DNA of 63,309 nt, the filler included. It is 8 parts of 8 records of this genome, joined end to end, with 100 filler letters (N's around TTAATTAATTAA, not from the genome) between each part and the next. Parts side by side here need not be neighbours in the genome. Positions count along the whole stretch, not along the records: positions 38,804 to 46,259 come from SRR31156797_48749; positions 46,360 to 52,648 come from SRR31156797_48780; 6 more parts are not named here. The stretch is one strand, 5' to 3'. The notes under the pieces are model-generated. The model saw nothing but the letters and a program-made list of their open reading frames with translations. It had not been told where the DNA came from and did not search any database. This document shows positions 39,617 to 48,519 of the stretch, piece by piece. Each line of letters begins with the position of its first letter. Positions within the stretch are counted from its first letter, which is position 1. The position numbers and the translations under genes were made by a program.

Positions 39617-39734
39617 ACGTGATTAATCCCCCCGGGATTTTTAATGTTACGAAACTTGCTACGCATTTCGATCGACAATTTCCGGTTACGCCCGGCGGCC
39701 GTCCGCGGGGTGGAACAATAACTAGGAGGTCTAT

Positions 39735-40877
39735 ATGTTAAGAAATGTTGCCATTGTTGAAGTCGCCCAAAGCCCGGGCGCGGAATCAGGAGACTATTTC
39801 CTGGACCAGATTTTCCGGACCTGCCGGGAAGTCATGGACAAAACCGGGCTGGAGCAGGATGACCTTGGTACGGTAGTCAGCGCGGCTTCGGATATTTTCC
39901 ACGGAGGCGTGTCCTGCGCCAACGCCTACTACTGGGACGCCGGAGGCGCCCTGCTTAAAAACGGGTCGCGCAATGACGGCGAATCCCTGACCGCTTTTCT
40001 TTACGCGGCCATGCGCATCGCTTCCGGCCATTACGACACGGCCCTGGTTCTGGGGGTATGCAAAGGCTCGGAAAATCCCGAAAACGATATGTGCACGCAC
40101 TTCTTTACCGACCCTTTCTACCAAAGACAGGTCGGGCTTAACGAAACTTTTGCCGCCGGCCTGCAGATGAGGGAATACCTGGACAGAACATCCGTCACTG
40201 AAGAACAGTGCGCCAAGGTGGTCGTCAAAAACCTGGGGAACGCGTTGGGAAATCCGTATGCACACATAAAAAGTCGCGTGACCATGGAACAGGTCATGAG
40301 TTCGGAACCGGTCATGTCTCCCCTGAAAAAACTTGAAACCGCACCCAAGTCTGAAGGCATTATAGCCATGATTCTGGCTTCCGAGGAAAAAGCTCGCAGT
40401 CTTACCGACAAGCCGGTCTGGTTCAAGGGATTCGATTCGGCCATGGACACATTTTACCTGGGTGACCGGGACCTGCTTAAAGGATCTCTTCCCTCGGTTG
40501 CGGCCCGGGCGTACAAAATGGCCGGCATAAACGACCCCCGCAAGGAAATCGATGTGGCCGAGATTTGCGAACCTTACGCCTTTCAGGAACTGCTCTGGAG
40601 CGAGCAGCTTGGCTTTTGTGAATCCGGCAAGGGCGGGGAACTGATCGACAGCGGGGCTACGGAAAAAACCGGGGATATTCCCATCAATCCTTCCGGCGGC
40701 GTATTGGCCTCGAATCCATACGTCAGCCGGGGATTGTACAGGTTGGCCGAAGTTACTTTACAAATCAAGGGGCAGGCCGGAGAGCATCAAATCGACAGGC
40801 CCGTCAACACCGGCTTGGCCCATGGCTGCAACGGATTCGCCGGGCAGTTTCATGCCGTGGCTATTGTGGGCAAATAA
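39735..40877 (+). CDS. Thiolase-fold protein, Ltp4-like (SCP2-thiolase-like aldolase subunit)
   Basis: SAASD...DAGGA...TALVLGVCKGSE and INPSGGVLASNP; lacks the thiolase CxSG and GHP motifs. Confidence 0.8.
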   Translation: MLRNVAIVEVAQSPGAESGDYFLDQIFRTCREVMDKTGLEQDDLGTVVSAASDIFHGGVSCANAYYWDAGGALLKNGSRNDGESLTAFLYAAMRIASGHYDTALVLGVCKGSENPENDMCTHFFTDPFYQRQVGLNETFAAGLQMREYLDRTSVTEEQCAKVVVKNLGNALGNPYAHIKSRVTMEQVMSSEPVMSPLKKLETAPKSEGIIAMILASEEKARSLTDKPVWFKGFDSAMDTFYLGDRDLLKGSLPSVAARAYKMAGINDPRKEIDVAEICEPYAFQELLWSEQLGFCESGKGGELIDSGATEKTGDIPINPSGGVLASNPYVSRGLYRLAEVTLQIKGQAGEHQIDRPVNTGLAHGCNGFAGQFHAVAIVGK

Positions 40878-40891
40878 GGGAGGTGCAAAAA

Positions 40892-42061
40892 ATGTCAAGA
40901 CCAGTAGCAATAGTAGGCATGGGGCAGACCAAGCACGGCAACCGGTCGGAAATGATCTATCCCGACCTGATCAGGGAAGCGGTCGGCGCGGCTTATCAGG
41001 ATACAGGCCTGTCACCCAACGATATTGACGGGGTTATTTATGGAAGCATGCCGTCCATGATGGAAGGCGTGGCCCAGAATCATTTTTATTTCGCCGACGC
41101 TTTGGGCGCTGTGGGCAAACCGTTCATGCGCACGGAAACTTGCGGCACCACCGGCATTTCCCTGGCCTTTACCGGCTATTACTGGGTGGCGTCCGGGTAC
41201 GCCGACCTGGTTTTGGTCGTCGGGTCTGAAAAAATGCTCGAAGGCGACGCCCAGGCCACCATGACCACCGTGGCCGAACCGTTTTACTTCAGGCCGTTTA
41301 TTTCCGGAGCGCCTGGTTATTATTCAATCCTGTCCCAACAGTGGATGCACAGGTACAACATACCGGAAGACAAATGCCGGGATGCCGCAGCCAAACTTTC
41401 CGTGGACCACCACCGGGACGCCTGCCTTAATCCTTACGCACACGTGCAAAAGGAATACACCATGGAAATGGTAAAAGAGGCGCCGATAGTCGTTTATCCC
41501 ATCAGGTTTCTGGATGTCTGCCCGGCATCGGACGGCGCCTGCGCAGTATTGTTCGCTTCCGAAGATTGGGTTAAAAAAATGAATGTCAATCCCGCCTGGA
41601 TTAAAGGCGTCGGCTTCAGGGGCGATGAATACTGGGTTGGAGACAACACCGATCGTGTCTGGTCCGAATGTTCCATCGGCGCGGCCCGTGAAGCCTACCA
41701 GATGGCCGGGATCACCAATCCCCTGGAAGAACTGGACGTAGCTGAAACCTACAATCCTTTTACTTTTGTCGAATTATTGCATTTTGAAAACTTTGGTTTC
41801 TGCGAACCCGGGAAAGCTGTCGACATGACCTTAAGCGGCGCTTTTGAGCTGGGCGGCAAACTGCCGGTCTGCCCTTCAGGAGGCGTTCTCTGCAGCAATC
41901 CCATCGGCGCGACCGCCCTTATCCGCGTGGCCGAAGCTTCCCAGCAGGTGCGCGGCCGGGCCGGGGCTCTGCAAGTGGAAGGGGCCAGGACGGCCCTGGC
42001 AGCCGGTCTGGGCGGCACTCAACAATTCAACGGCGTCATGATTCTCAGCTCGGAAATGTAA
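40892..42061 (+). CDS. Thiolase-fold protein, Ltp3-like (SCP2-thiolase-like aldolase subunit)
   Basis: GMGQTK, EGV...ADALGAVGKP, CPASDGACAV, DVAETYNPF, PSGGVLCSNPIGA. Confidence 0.85.
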   Translation: MSRPVAIVGMGQTKHGNRSEMIYPDLIREAVGAAYQDTGLSPNDIDGVIYGSMPSMMEGVAQNHFYFADALGAVGKPFMRTETCGTTGISLAFTGYYWVASGYADLVLVVGSEKMLEGDAQATMTTVAEPFYFRPFISGAPGYYSILSQQWMHRYNIPEDKCRDAAAKLSVDHHRDACLNPYAHVQKEYTMEMVKEAPIVVYPIRFLDVCPASDGACAVLFASEDWVKKMNVNPAWIKGVGFRGDEYWVGDNTDRVWSECSIGAAREAYQMAGITNPLEELDVAETYNPFTFVELLHFENFGFCEPGKAVDMTLSGAFELGGKLPVCPSGGVLCSNPIGATALIRVAEASQQVRGRAGALQVEGARTALAAGLGGTQQFNGVMILSSEM

Positions 42062-42072
42062 GGAGGAACGCC

Positions 42073-42513
42073 ATGGCTAAACATTTTAATACAGTCAAAT
42101 CAAATGTCTGGCTGCCCTATCATTTTTCCCTGGGGCCCGCTTTTAACCGCTTTTTTGAAGGACTGAAACAAGAAAGAATCTGGGGAAACAAATGCCCCAA
42201 ATGCAATAAAGTGCTGGTTCCGGCCAGGAGCTTTTGTCCCGAATGCAATGTGGATATGGATGAATGGATTGAACTCGCCCAGGAAGGAGAAGTTGTCTCC
42301 TGGACCAGGGCCGCTCAGGATTTTTTTGGCGCCCCGGCGGAAACTCCCTTTATCGGCGCGCTCATACGCCTGGACGGGACGGACTGCAATTTTCTTCATA
42401 TTATCCCTGATGTCGGCGCCAAGGTCGAAAAAGGAACCCGGGTTCGGGCCGTTTGGAATGAAGAAAAAAATGGCGGCATGATGGACATAAAACATTTCGC
42501 TCCGGTCTCATGA
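42073..42513 (+). CDS. DUF35 Zn-ribbon/OB-fold protein
   Basis: RFFEGL, CPKC...PARSFCPEC, GEVVSWT, LDGTD, GTRVRAVW. Confidence 0.9.
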   Translation: MAKHFNTVKSNVWLPYHFSLGPAFNRFFEGLKQERIWGNKCPKCNKVLVPARSFCPECNVDMDEWIELAQEGEVVSWTRAAQDFFGAPAETPFIGALIRLDGTDCNFLHIIPDVGAKVEKGTRVRAVWNEEKNGGMMDIKHFAPVS

Positions 42514-42535
42514 GAGCTTTTATAGGAGAATCAAT

Positions 42536-43009
42536 ATGATAACCCTTAATAAAAAAGGAAATCCCGTCCTGGAAACCGAAGCAAGCATTGTTTACGAAGT
42601 GGCCGCCGGTCCTGCCTGGACCAGGTTTTTCGAAGGAATAAGGCAGGAAAAAATACTCGGAACCAGATGCGAAAAATGCCAAAAGGTGCTGGTCCCGGCC
42701 CGTTCCTACTGCTCAAAATGTTTTGACGACAAGATGCAATGGGTGCAGGTGGCTGATGAAGGTGAATTAATGGGTTGGTCCATGACCAAATACTCTTACT
42801 TCGGCATGCCCACGGAACCGCCCTTTATTACCGGGCTGATCCAGCTTGACGGCGCCGACAGCCACCTGGCCCACCTGGTTGGAGGTTTCGACCTGAATAA
42901 CATGGACCTGGTGACGGAAAAGGTAAAGATCGGATCAAGGGTCAAAGCGGTCTGGGCCGACAAAAAAGAAGGCACGGTTATGGACATACGGTATTTCAAG
43001 CCCATTTGA
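42536..43009 (+). CDS. DUF35 Zn-ribbon/OB-fold protein (second copy)
   Basis: RFFEGI, CEKC...PARSYCSKC, LDGAD, GSRVKAVW. Confidence 0.9.
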   Translation: MITLNKKGNPVLETEASIVYEVAAGPAWTRFFEGIRQEKILGTRCEKCQKVLVPARSYCSKCFDDKMQWVQVADEGELMGWSMTKYSYFGMPTEPPFITGLIQLDGADSHLAHLVGGFDLNNMDLVTEKVKIGSRVKAVWADKKEGTVMDIRYFKPI

Positions 43010-43118
43010 TTCCAGACTTATCGGGGACGACTTGCATTCGTCCCCGGTGAATCATAAATATATTATTAATTATTTCAGCAAAATAAACCGCTGTCTCTCT
43101 CGACAAGGAGCTTTTGAT

Positions 43119-43748
43119 TTGAAACTGGTTAAAACCAAGGTTAAGGATCCGGACCTTATCCAAAAGAAACAGGAGCAAATTGTTAAGGGGGCTATAAAAG
43201 TATTCCGTCGAAAGGGCTTTCATGCCGCTTCCATTCGGGAAATAGCCAAAGCCAGCCGTATGAGCCCGGGAGGCCTATACGACTACATTGAAAAAAAGGA
43301 AGATATTCTTTTCCTTGTTCATAACCAGGTCCTTGACCGGATATACGGCCGCATTGATGAAATTATGAATCAGTACACCAGTCCTGTCGACCAGTTGGTT
43401 AACTTGCTTAAAGGCATGTTCGAACTGACCTGTGATCTCAAGGAAGAAATGCTGTTTATATACACGGAAACCAAATCCCTGGAAAAATGGTTCCTGCACG
43501 AAATCCTGAAGAAAGAAGCGGAATTTGTTAATAAATACCGTAAGCTTATCGAACAGGGAGTCCGAGAAGGCTTATTTACATGCGAGAATCCGGACCTTGC
43601 GGCCAACATTCTGATTTTCACCGGCAGTATTATTCCTCTTAGAGGCTGGAACATGACTCCCCGTCATTCCGAGCGGGAAGTCTTTGAAATGCTGAAGGAT
43701 ATGTCACTGAAACTGCTGGGCGTAAAAGTTGTTTTCGAATCGGAATGA
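43119..43748 (+). CDS. TetR/AcrR family regulator
   Basis: KGFHAASIREIAKAS.MSPGGLYDYIEKKEDIL; AAGGAG RBS before TTG at 43119. Confidence 0.9.
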   Translation: MKLVKTKVKDPDLIQKKQEQIVKGAIKVFRRKGFHAASIREIAKASRMSPGGLYDYIEKKEDILFLVHNQVLDRIYGRIDEIMNQYTSPVDQLVNLLKGMFELTCDLKEEMLFIYTETKSLEKWFLHEILKKEAEFVNKYRKLIEQGVREGLFTCENPDLAANILIFTGSIIPLRGWNMTPRHSEREVFEMLKDMSLKLLGVKVVFESE

Positions 43749-43777
43749 TACGGCGCCTTGAATTATATTAAAACAGT

Positions 43778-44545
43778 TTACATACTCCCGTATTTTAACC
43801 GCAGGTCTATCAGAAAGTCGTTCATGCGGTCTTCAGCTTCATGACCGGCCGGCAGCCTGGTGCGATTCATGGAGTCTTCCAACAGATTTGTCAGCCGTTC
43901 GAATTCACCCTGATGAAAATCCATGGCCTTTTTATCAAGTATTTCCGGGGCGGATGTTTTCTCAGTTCCGTTGATCTTAATATCCAGCAGGTCGCCAAGC
44001 TGCGGCAGCTTGTATATTTCATTCAGGTTTAAAAGGTTGGCTTCAATTTCACCGGTTTCCATGAGATGAACCCCGGTTAGAAGAACCCGGTATACATAAA
44101 GCAGGGGCTTTATGCGGGGAGGCGTCTCTTTTTTAAACAATTCCCATTGATTGCGAGCAAAACCAAGATAATGCCGACCGTGCGCGGCCGTCAGGCAGAG
44201 CTTGCTTATTTCCCTGAGTTCTTCATGTTCGGGCAGGTTGTGGACTACAAGCGGCGAAAGGAGCTGCTCCAGAACGTAGCCGTTCCGGCCGAGCATCAAT
44301 CGGCAGAATTTACCTGCATCATGGGTGACCAGGTCAATTTCCCGGTCGTCCTTGATTTCCATTTTATCCAGCGTTTCCGGTCCCGGCCGCAGGCCCAGCA
44401 AGTTCTTTTGGGGCAGAATATGAACGCCCCTGAGATCGTAATCGGAATCCCTGGAAGGGAAGCCGTACAAATGGGCGCCGCTTACCGTGACAAATAGCAA
44501 TGGAAATTCTATTTCAACAAATTTAATAAGTTCGGATGGATTCAT
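43778..44545 (-). CDS. Pol-beta superfamily nucleotidyltransferase (RlaP/YcgL-like), copy B
   Basis: SGAHLYGFPSRDSDYDLRG, NGYVLEQLLSP, KPLLYVYRVLLTG. Confidence 0.85.
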   Translation of the reverse strand: MNPSELIKFVEIEFPLLFVTVSGAHLYGFPSRDSDYDLRGVHILPQKNLLGLRPGPETLDKMEIKDDREIDLVTHDAGKFCRLMLGRNGYVLEQLLSPLVVHNLPEHEELREISKLCLTAAHGRHYLGFARNQWELFKKETPPRIKPLLYVYRVLLTGVHLMETGEIEANLLNLNEIYKLPQLGDLLDIKINGTEKTSAPEILDKKAMDFHQGEFERLTNLLEDSMNRTRLPAGHEAEDRMNDFLIDLRLKYGSM

Positions 44546-45474
44546 GTAAGATCCTTAACCGCTTCCAGTCGGGCCCGGATTAAAAGCCGGTCCGCGGCGT
44601 CATAGTCCGGCCAATCCGGAAGTCTGGTGGATTCATAGGCCTTGTTGAATTCCCGATGAAGTTCGAGTCGCCATTCATTGATTTCATCCCAGGAAACCAG
44701 GCCTTTTTTTATGTCAAGCAGTCTGTCGCGGTGTTCGTGTACGCGAACTTGAATCACGCCTTCCTTTAAGGCTGTAATGCCGGTTATTAGCAGCCGTATC
44801 AGGTGCATGGCGTGCTTTTCCCTTATTTTTCCGCTCCGTCGCAGGTCCTGCTCCATTTTCTTGAACTGGCTGACAGCGTAACCGTTATAGGTTTGAAACA
44901 GCAGTTTGGAAAGAAAAATGTCCCGCTCGGCAATCAAATCCAGGGCGGGGCCTGATGCGTGTTCAACCAGCGGCGAATAAAGGCACTCCAAAATATTCGG
45001 ATTGGCTTTTAAGGCCAAACCTATAAACTTTTTAAGCTCCCAGTAGCATTCGTCGGCTTCCTTGTTTTCCAGTTGTTCGGGCGCCCCGATAATGGACCAT
45101 TCCAGGTCGGCCGGCGCCAGGTATACGCCCCTGCGGTCGACATCCGAATTTTCATCATCCAACCCGTACGCCCTTGACCCGGCGATGCAGCTAAAAATTA
45201 CTTTATCGCGTAAATTGTATTTATCAAGCAGATGGCCTGACTGTTTCGGGCGGGTATAAAACTTTCTGATGGTTAGCTTGTCCCGCGTGAGCCAGGCGCG
45301 ACGCCCGTCGGGGAATAACACCCGATACTCGCCGCCCGGTTGATCCGGAGCGGATACAATTTCTCCCACGGCGCCCGCGGCAATCCGGATTCCGTCGTCT
45401 TCCGACTCGACCGCGCTTCTGACTACAACCTGGGAGCCTCTCGGAATAGTTGGATGAGGGTCGTTGTTATTCAT
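44542..45474 (-). CDS. Pol-beta superfamily nucleotidyltransferase (RlaP/YcgL-like), copy A, with an N-terminal small beta-rich domain
   Basis: GSRAYGLDDENSDVDRRG, LALKANPNILE, KHAMHLIRLL, LPDWPD; 4-bp ATGA overlap with copy B. Confidence 0.85.
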   Translation of the reverse strand: MNNNDPHPTIPRGSQVVVRSAVESEDDGIRIAAGAVGEIVSAPDQPGGEYRVLFPDGRRAWLTRDKLTIRKFYTRPKQSGHLLDKYNLRDKVIFSCIAGSRAYGLDDENSDVDRRGVYLAPADLEWSIIGAPEQLENKEADECYWELKKFIGLALKANPNILECLYSPLVEHASGPALDLIAERDIFLSKLLFQTYNGYAVSQFKKMEQDLRRSGKIREKHAMHLIRLLITGITALKEGVIQVRVHEHRDRLLDIKKGLVSWDEINEWRLELHREFNKAYESTRLPDWPDYDAADRLLIRARLEAVKDLT

Positions 45475-45547
45475 CCCGAATATCCTGCGAGTCCCCACCG
45501 GACGGAAACGCCCGGTAATTTTGTGTTAGGACATAAAAACGGAAAAT

Positions 45548-45580
45548 GTCACTGCGAGGAGCCTTCGACGAAGCAGTCTC
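45548..45580. repeat. REP-like palindromic element
   Basis: GTCACTGCGAGGAGCCTTCGACGAAGCAGTCTC; ACTGC/GCAGT stem. Confidence 0.5.
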
Positions 45581-45648
45581 GTAAATCTATCCGAAATAGC
45601 TCAACTTTAGCCTTTAGCCGTTTTTAGTGTCCTTAGGAGGGCTTGTTG

Positions 45649-46182
45649 TTATTCCTCGACGCCGCCGAGTCGAATAGATGAAAATATCCTTTCAAAGATA
45701 AATTCATGATCTTTCCACTCGACGCCGGATACCGCCCCGGCAAAAACAAGAAAACCACCGTTTTCATCAGGCCGGGTAAGACAAATGGCCTTGGCTTTTA
45801 TTCTCGGCGCATTTTCTTCAATAATGGTTTCAAATATGAAACCCTGGGCCGGCTCTTCGGATATCCAGGTCTCGCCCAGTTCTTCTGTCGTATAACCTTC
45901 TTCTTCGGCCGCCTGTTCGCGCAAGTGTTTATCTTCCCGGCTAATGGAGAATACCACACCCTGCATCTTTTTATTGTCCACCAGCCCCCAGGAGTTTTTC
46001 GACAGTTCCTTCCAATTGGAAGGAGTCATAAATGTCCCTCCCTCCCAGGAACGGCTCGTCCATTCATCCGAGGATTTAAAAGGATCCGCCGGACCGGCGC
46101 TGTCTTCTGGCTGCTGGGCCCATGCGGAAAAGGTCAGAAATATAAATCCGGCTGCTAAAACCGCCATGATTGCTTTTTTCAT
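45649..46182 (-). CDS. Secreted hypothetical protein
   Basis: Signal peptide MKKAIMAVLAAG...AWA; AGGAG RBS; C-terminal FERIFSSIRL. Confidence 0.7.
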   Translation of the reverse strand: MKKAIMAVLAAGFIFLTFSAWAQQPEDSAGPADPFKSSDEWTSRSWEGGTFMTPSNWKELSKNSWGLVDNKKMQGVVFSISREDKHLREQAAEEEGYTTEELGETWISEEPAQGFIFETIIEENAPRIKAKAICLTRPDENGGFLVFAGAVSGVEWKDHEFIFERIFSSIRLGGVEE

Positions 46183-46259
46183 TGGTGGACTCCTACTCTA
46201 TTCAAACAAATCCGTCAGCACTTCTTCATTATAAAGGACGTCATGCCTTATTAATTCAA

Positions 46260-46359
46260 NNNNNNNNNNNNNNNNNNNNNNNNNNNNNNNNNNNNNNNNN
46301 NNNTTAATTAATTAANNNNNNNNNNNNNNNNNNNNNNNNNNNNNNNNNNNNNNNNNNNN
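46260..46359. other. Artificial contig spacer
   Basis: N-run, TTAATTAATTAA, N-run. Confidence 0.99.
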
Positions 46360-47512
46360 GGTACAATAACGGAACACGGTTAGCAAAACGAAGGATATCA
46401 ACACGATCGTCCTTTTGCAATTCGCCACCGAATGCAATGCCAACTTCAATAATGAAAGGATTACCTGAGAACACCGAAGCACTTCTGGTGGTAGTGGCTA
46501 TAAAATCAACATTAAATTCCTTTTCGAGTCCCTTGTAGATCAGCTCCTCACCTATAGGAGACAGGCAGTCAGTAGGTGGTGCCATGATCTTTACTTTGGA
46601 GAATGCATCAAGAAGCTTTTTTGACTGGTCCCTTGTCATCTCATGCGGATCAAGATCAGGATCAAGACCTGATGCCTTACATATTTCCTCAGTAGCAAGA
46701 TGACCTATTTTTGAGAAAGAGTATCGCAGGAAAGGAGCTAGTTTCTGCCTTTCCGTATATCTCAGCATTTTCATGAGAGTTCCAAGTTCTATACCATGAG
46801 GATGCGGAAGAATCTCTTTTGCAGGAGTAGGAAGTTTGTCTGTTGCCCTTTCAAAAGTAACTTCATTACCATCAGGTTCAACCAGTGTGAGCCTTGCATG
46901 AGGATTTACAATTGCGGTTGCCTTAAGGTACTCATAAATGGATTGCCTTCTCCCTTTTACATAAGAGGCTTCCATTTCCATTTCAACACGCGTACCATGG
47001 GGCCGGTCCCAGTCAATGATATCATCCTTGAGTATCTCAGGATCGTTTGTGCTGGTATTGATCATAAGCTCATAATAGTGAGCAGGCTCACCATGTCCGA
47101 TCTTGGAAATGATCTTAGTATGGTGGCCGGATGTGAGCTGCGAGTACAGCACTGATGCTGATATACCGATACCCTGTTGTCCACGGCTCTGCTTAAGGGC
47201 ATGGAATCTTGAACCATAAAGAAGCTTTGCAAAAACTTTTGGTATTTGCTCCTTGATAATTCCGGGCCCGTTGTCTTCCACAATAATTACGACATTATCT
47301 TTTCCCGCCCTTTCAATGTGAAGGAATATATCAGGGAGTATCTCTGATTCCTCACATGCATCAAGAGAGTTATCAACTGCTTCCTTAACCGTTGTAATCA
47401 AGCTTCGCGGAGCTGAGTCAAAACCCAGTATTTGCCTGTTTTTTTCAAAAAACTCAGCAACACTTATTGATTTCTGGTTCTTGGCAAGTTCTTCTGCAAT
47501 TGGATTATCCAT
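46360..47512 (-). CDS. top6B: DNA topoisomerase VI subunit B (archaeal, 3' truncated)
   Basis: [48 protein letters not shown]. Confidence 0.95.
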
Positions 47513-47570
47513 AAAAATATCTTCCTCGTCCGTTGTTGGTAGCCATTTTGTGACCAGAAAATAATAACTC

Positions 47571-47594
47571 CTAATATATAAAAATGTTTTTCGG
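47571..47594 (-). promoter_or_regulatory. Archaeal BRE/TATA promoter candidate for top6B
   Basis: Minus strand reads CCGAAAAACATTTTTATATATTAG about 60 bp upstream of the start codon. Confidence 0.5.
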
Positions 47595-47627
47595 TGCTTT
47601 TCACGAACTTATGTATAAAATTACTAT

Positions 47628-47861
47628 TTATTTCAGTTCAGCACCAACAATTGTCTGGGTTGCTGTGACAGATTCGGTTTCGCGTATCTGATCCACTATA
47701 CTGTTTAAGCGCCCAAGGTCTTCAACTTCAATGATAACAACAAAATCATACTCACCAAACACATGATAAATGTCCTTGATTCCTTCTACATTACTAAGTT
47801 CATTGTATGCTGCTCTTTCTGTGCCTGGAAGCACGTTAACCATTGTTACTCCTATTACCAT
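47628..47861 (-). CDS. Stand-alone Lrp/AsnC ligand-binding (RAM) domain protein
   Basis: VFGEYDFVVIIE pattern; 77 aa, no HTH. Confidence 0.85.
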   Translation of the reverse strand: MVIGVTMVNVLPGTERAAYNELSNVEGIKDIYHVFGEYDFVVIIEVEDLGRLNSIVDQIRETESVTATQTIVGAELK

Positions 47862-48051
47862 TTATATCACTGGATAAAAGTGGAATGCAAGGTATTTAGC
47901 AGTTTTCTATGTGTAATTCATGATAGGCGATAAAACATCAGCCTGCACATTCGATATCAAAAAGGTATCTCCAAAATCATAAAGATAGGTCATTCAATAT
48001 CTTGTCTGAAAAAAGAATTGTAAGCATCATTTAAGAAACTACCAGTTTAAT

Positions 48052-48489
48052 TCAAACAATTATTATCTCGTAATTTTTTGCATCAAGCAAATCCGACAAA
48101 TGTTTATTTGACGCTTCAACGACAATCAAGTCAACATCATACTTTTTAGACATTGAAAAAACACTGTCTTCAAACTTTCCTTTAGCCCTAACAGTTTTAA
48201 AATCGATCCCACGTTTTACAGCCTCATTTTCCACCAGGCTAAGTCTGTGATCAATAAGCTCATCCCTGTCTTTCTTGATGTCTGCTGCCAGTTTCTTGAC
48301 CACATCCCTTCCAAGAAATCCACGGTCTTTTGTGACATTGGCAACTATCTGGGATATATTTTTATCACGTACGCTAAGGAAAATTAATTCAGCCTTGTGT
48401 TTTTCTGCCAGGTCAAGAGCTTCCTTTGCCTGATCTTTGTGAATAGATGTTGCAGAAAATGCAACCAGTATGGTTTTGATTTGTTTCAT
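48052..48489 (-). CDS. Universal stress protein
   Basis: KTILVA...AELIFLSV...G...YDVDLIVV. Confidence 0.8.
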   Translation of the reverse strand: MKQIKTILVAFSATSIHKDQAKEALDLAEKHKAELIFLSVRDKNISQIVANVTKDRGFLGRDVVKKLAADIKKDRDELIDHRLSLVENEAVKRGIDFKTVRAKGKFEDSVFSMSKKYDVDLIVVEASNKHLSDLLDAKNYEIIIV

Positions 48490-48519
48490 ATTTCCTTTAT
48501 TTCATAATAGCCTGAAACA

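Noticed and set aside
39735-43009. bbsAB (anaerobic toluene) or archaeal thiolase/HMG-CoA synthase/DUF35 complex
   Set aside because: Thiolase catalytic Cys/His motifs are missing, no bss/bbs or HMG-CoA synthase gene is adjacent, and the motifs fit Ltp3/Ltp4 better.
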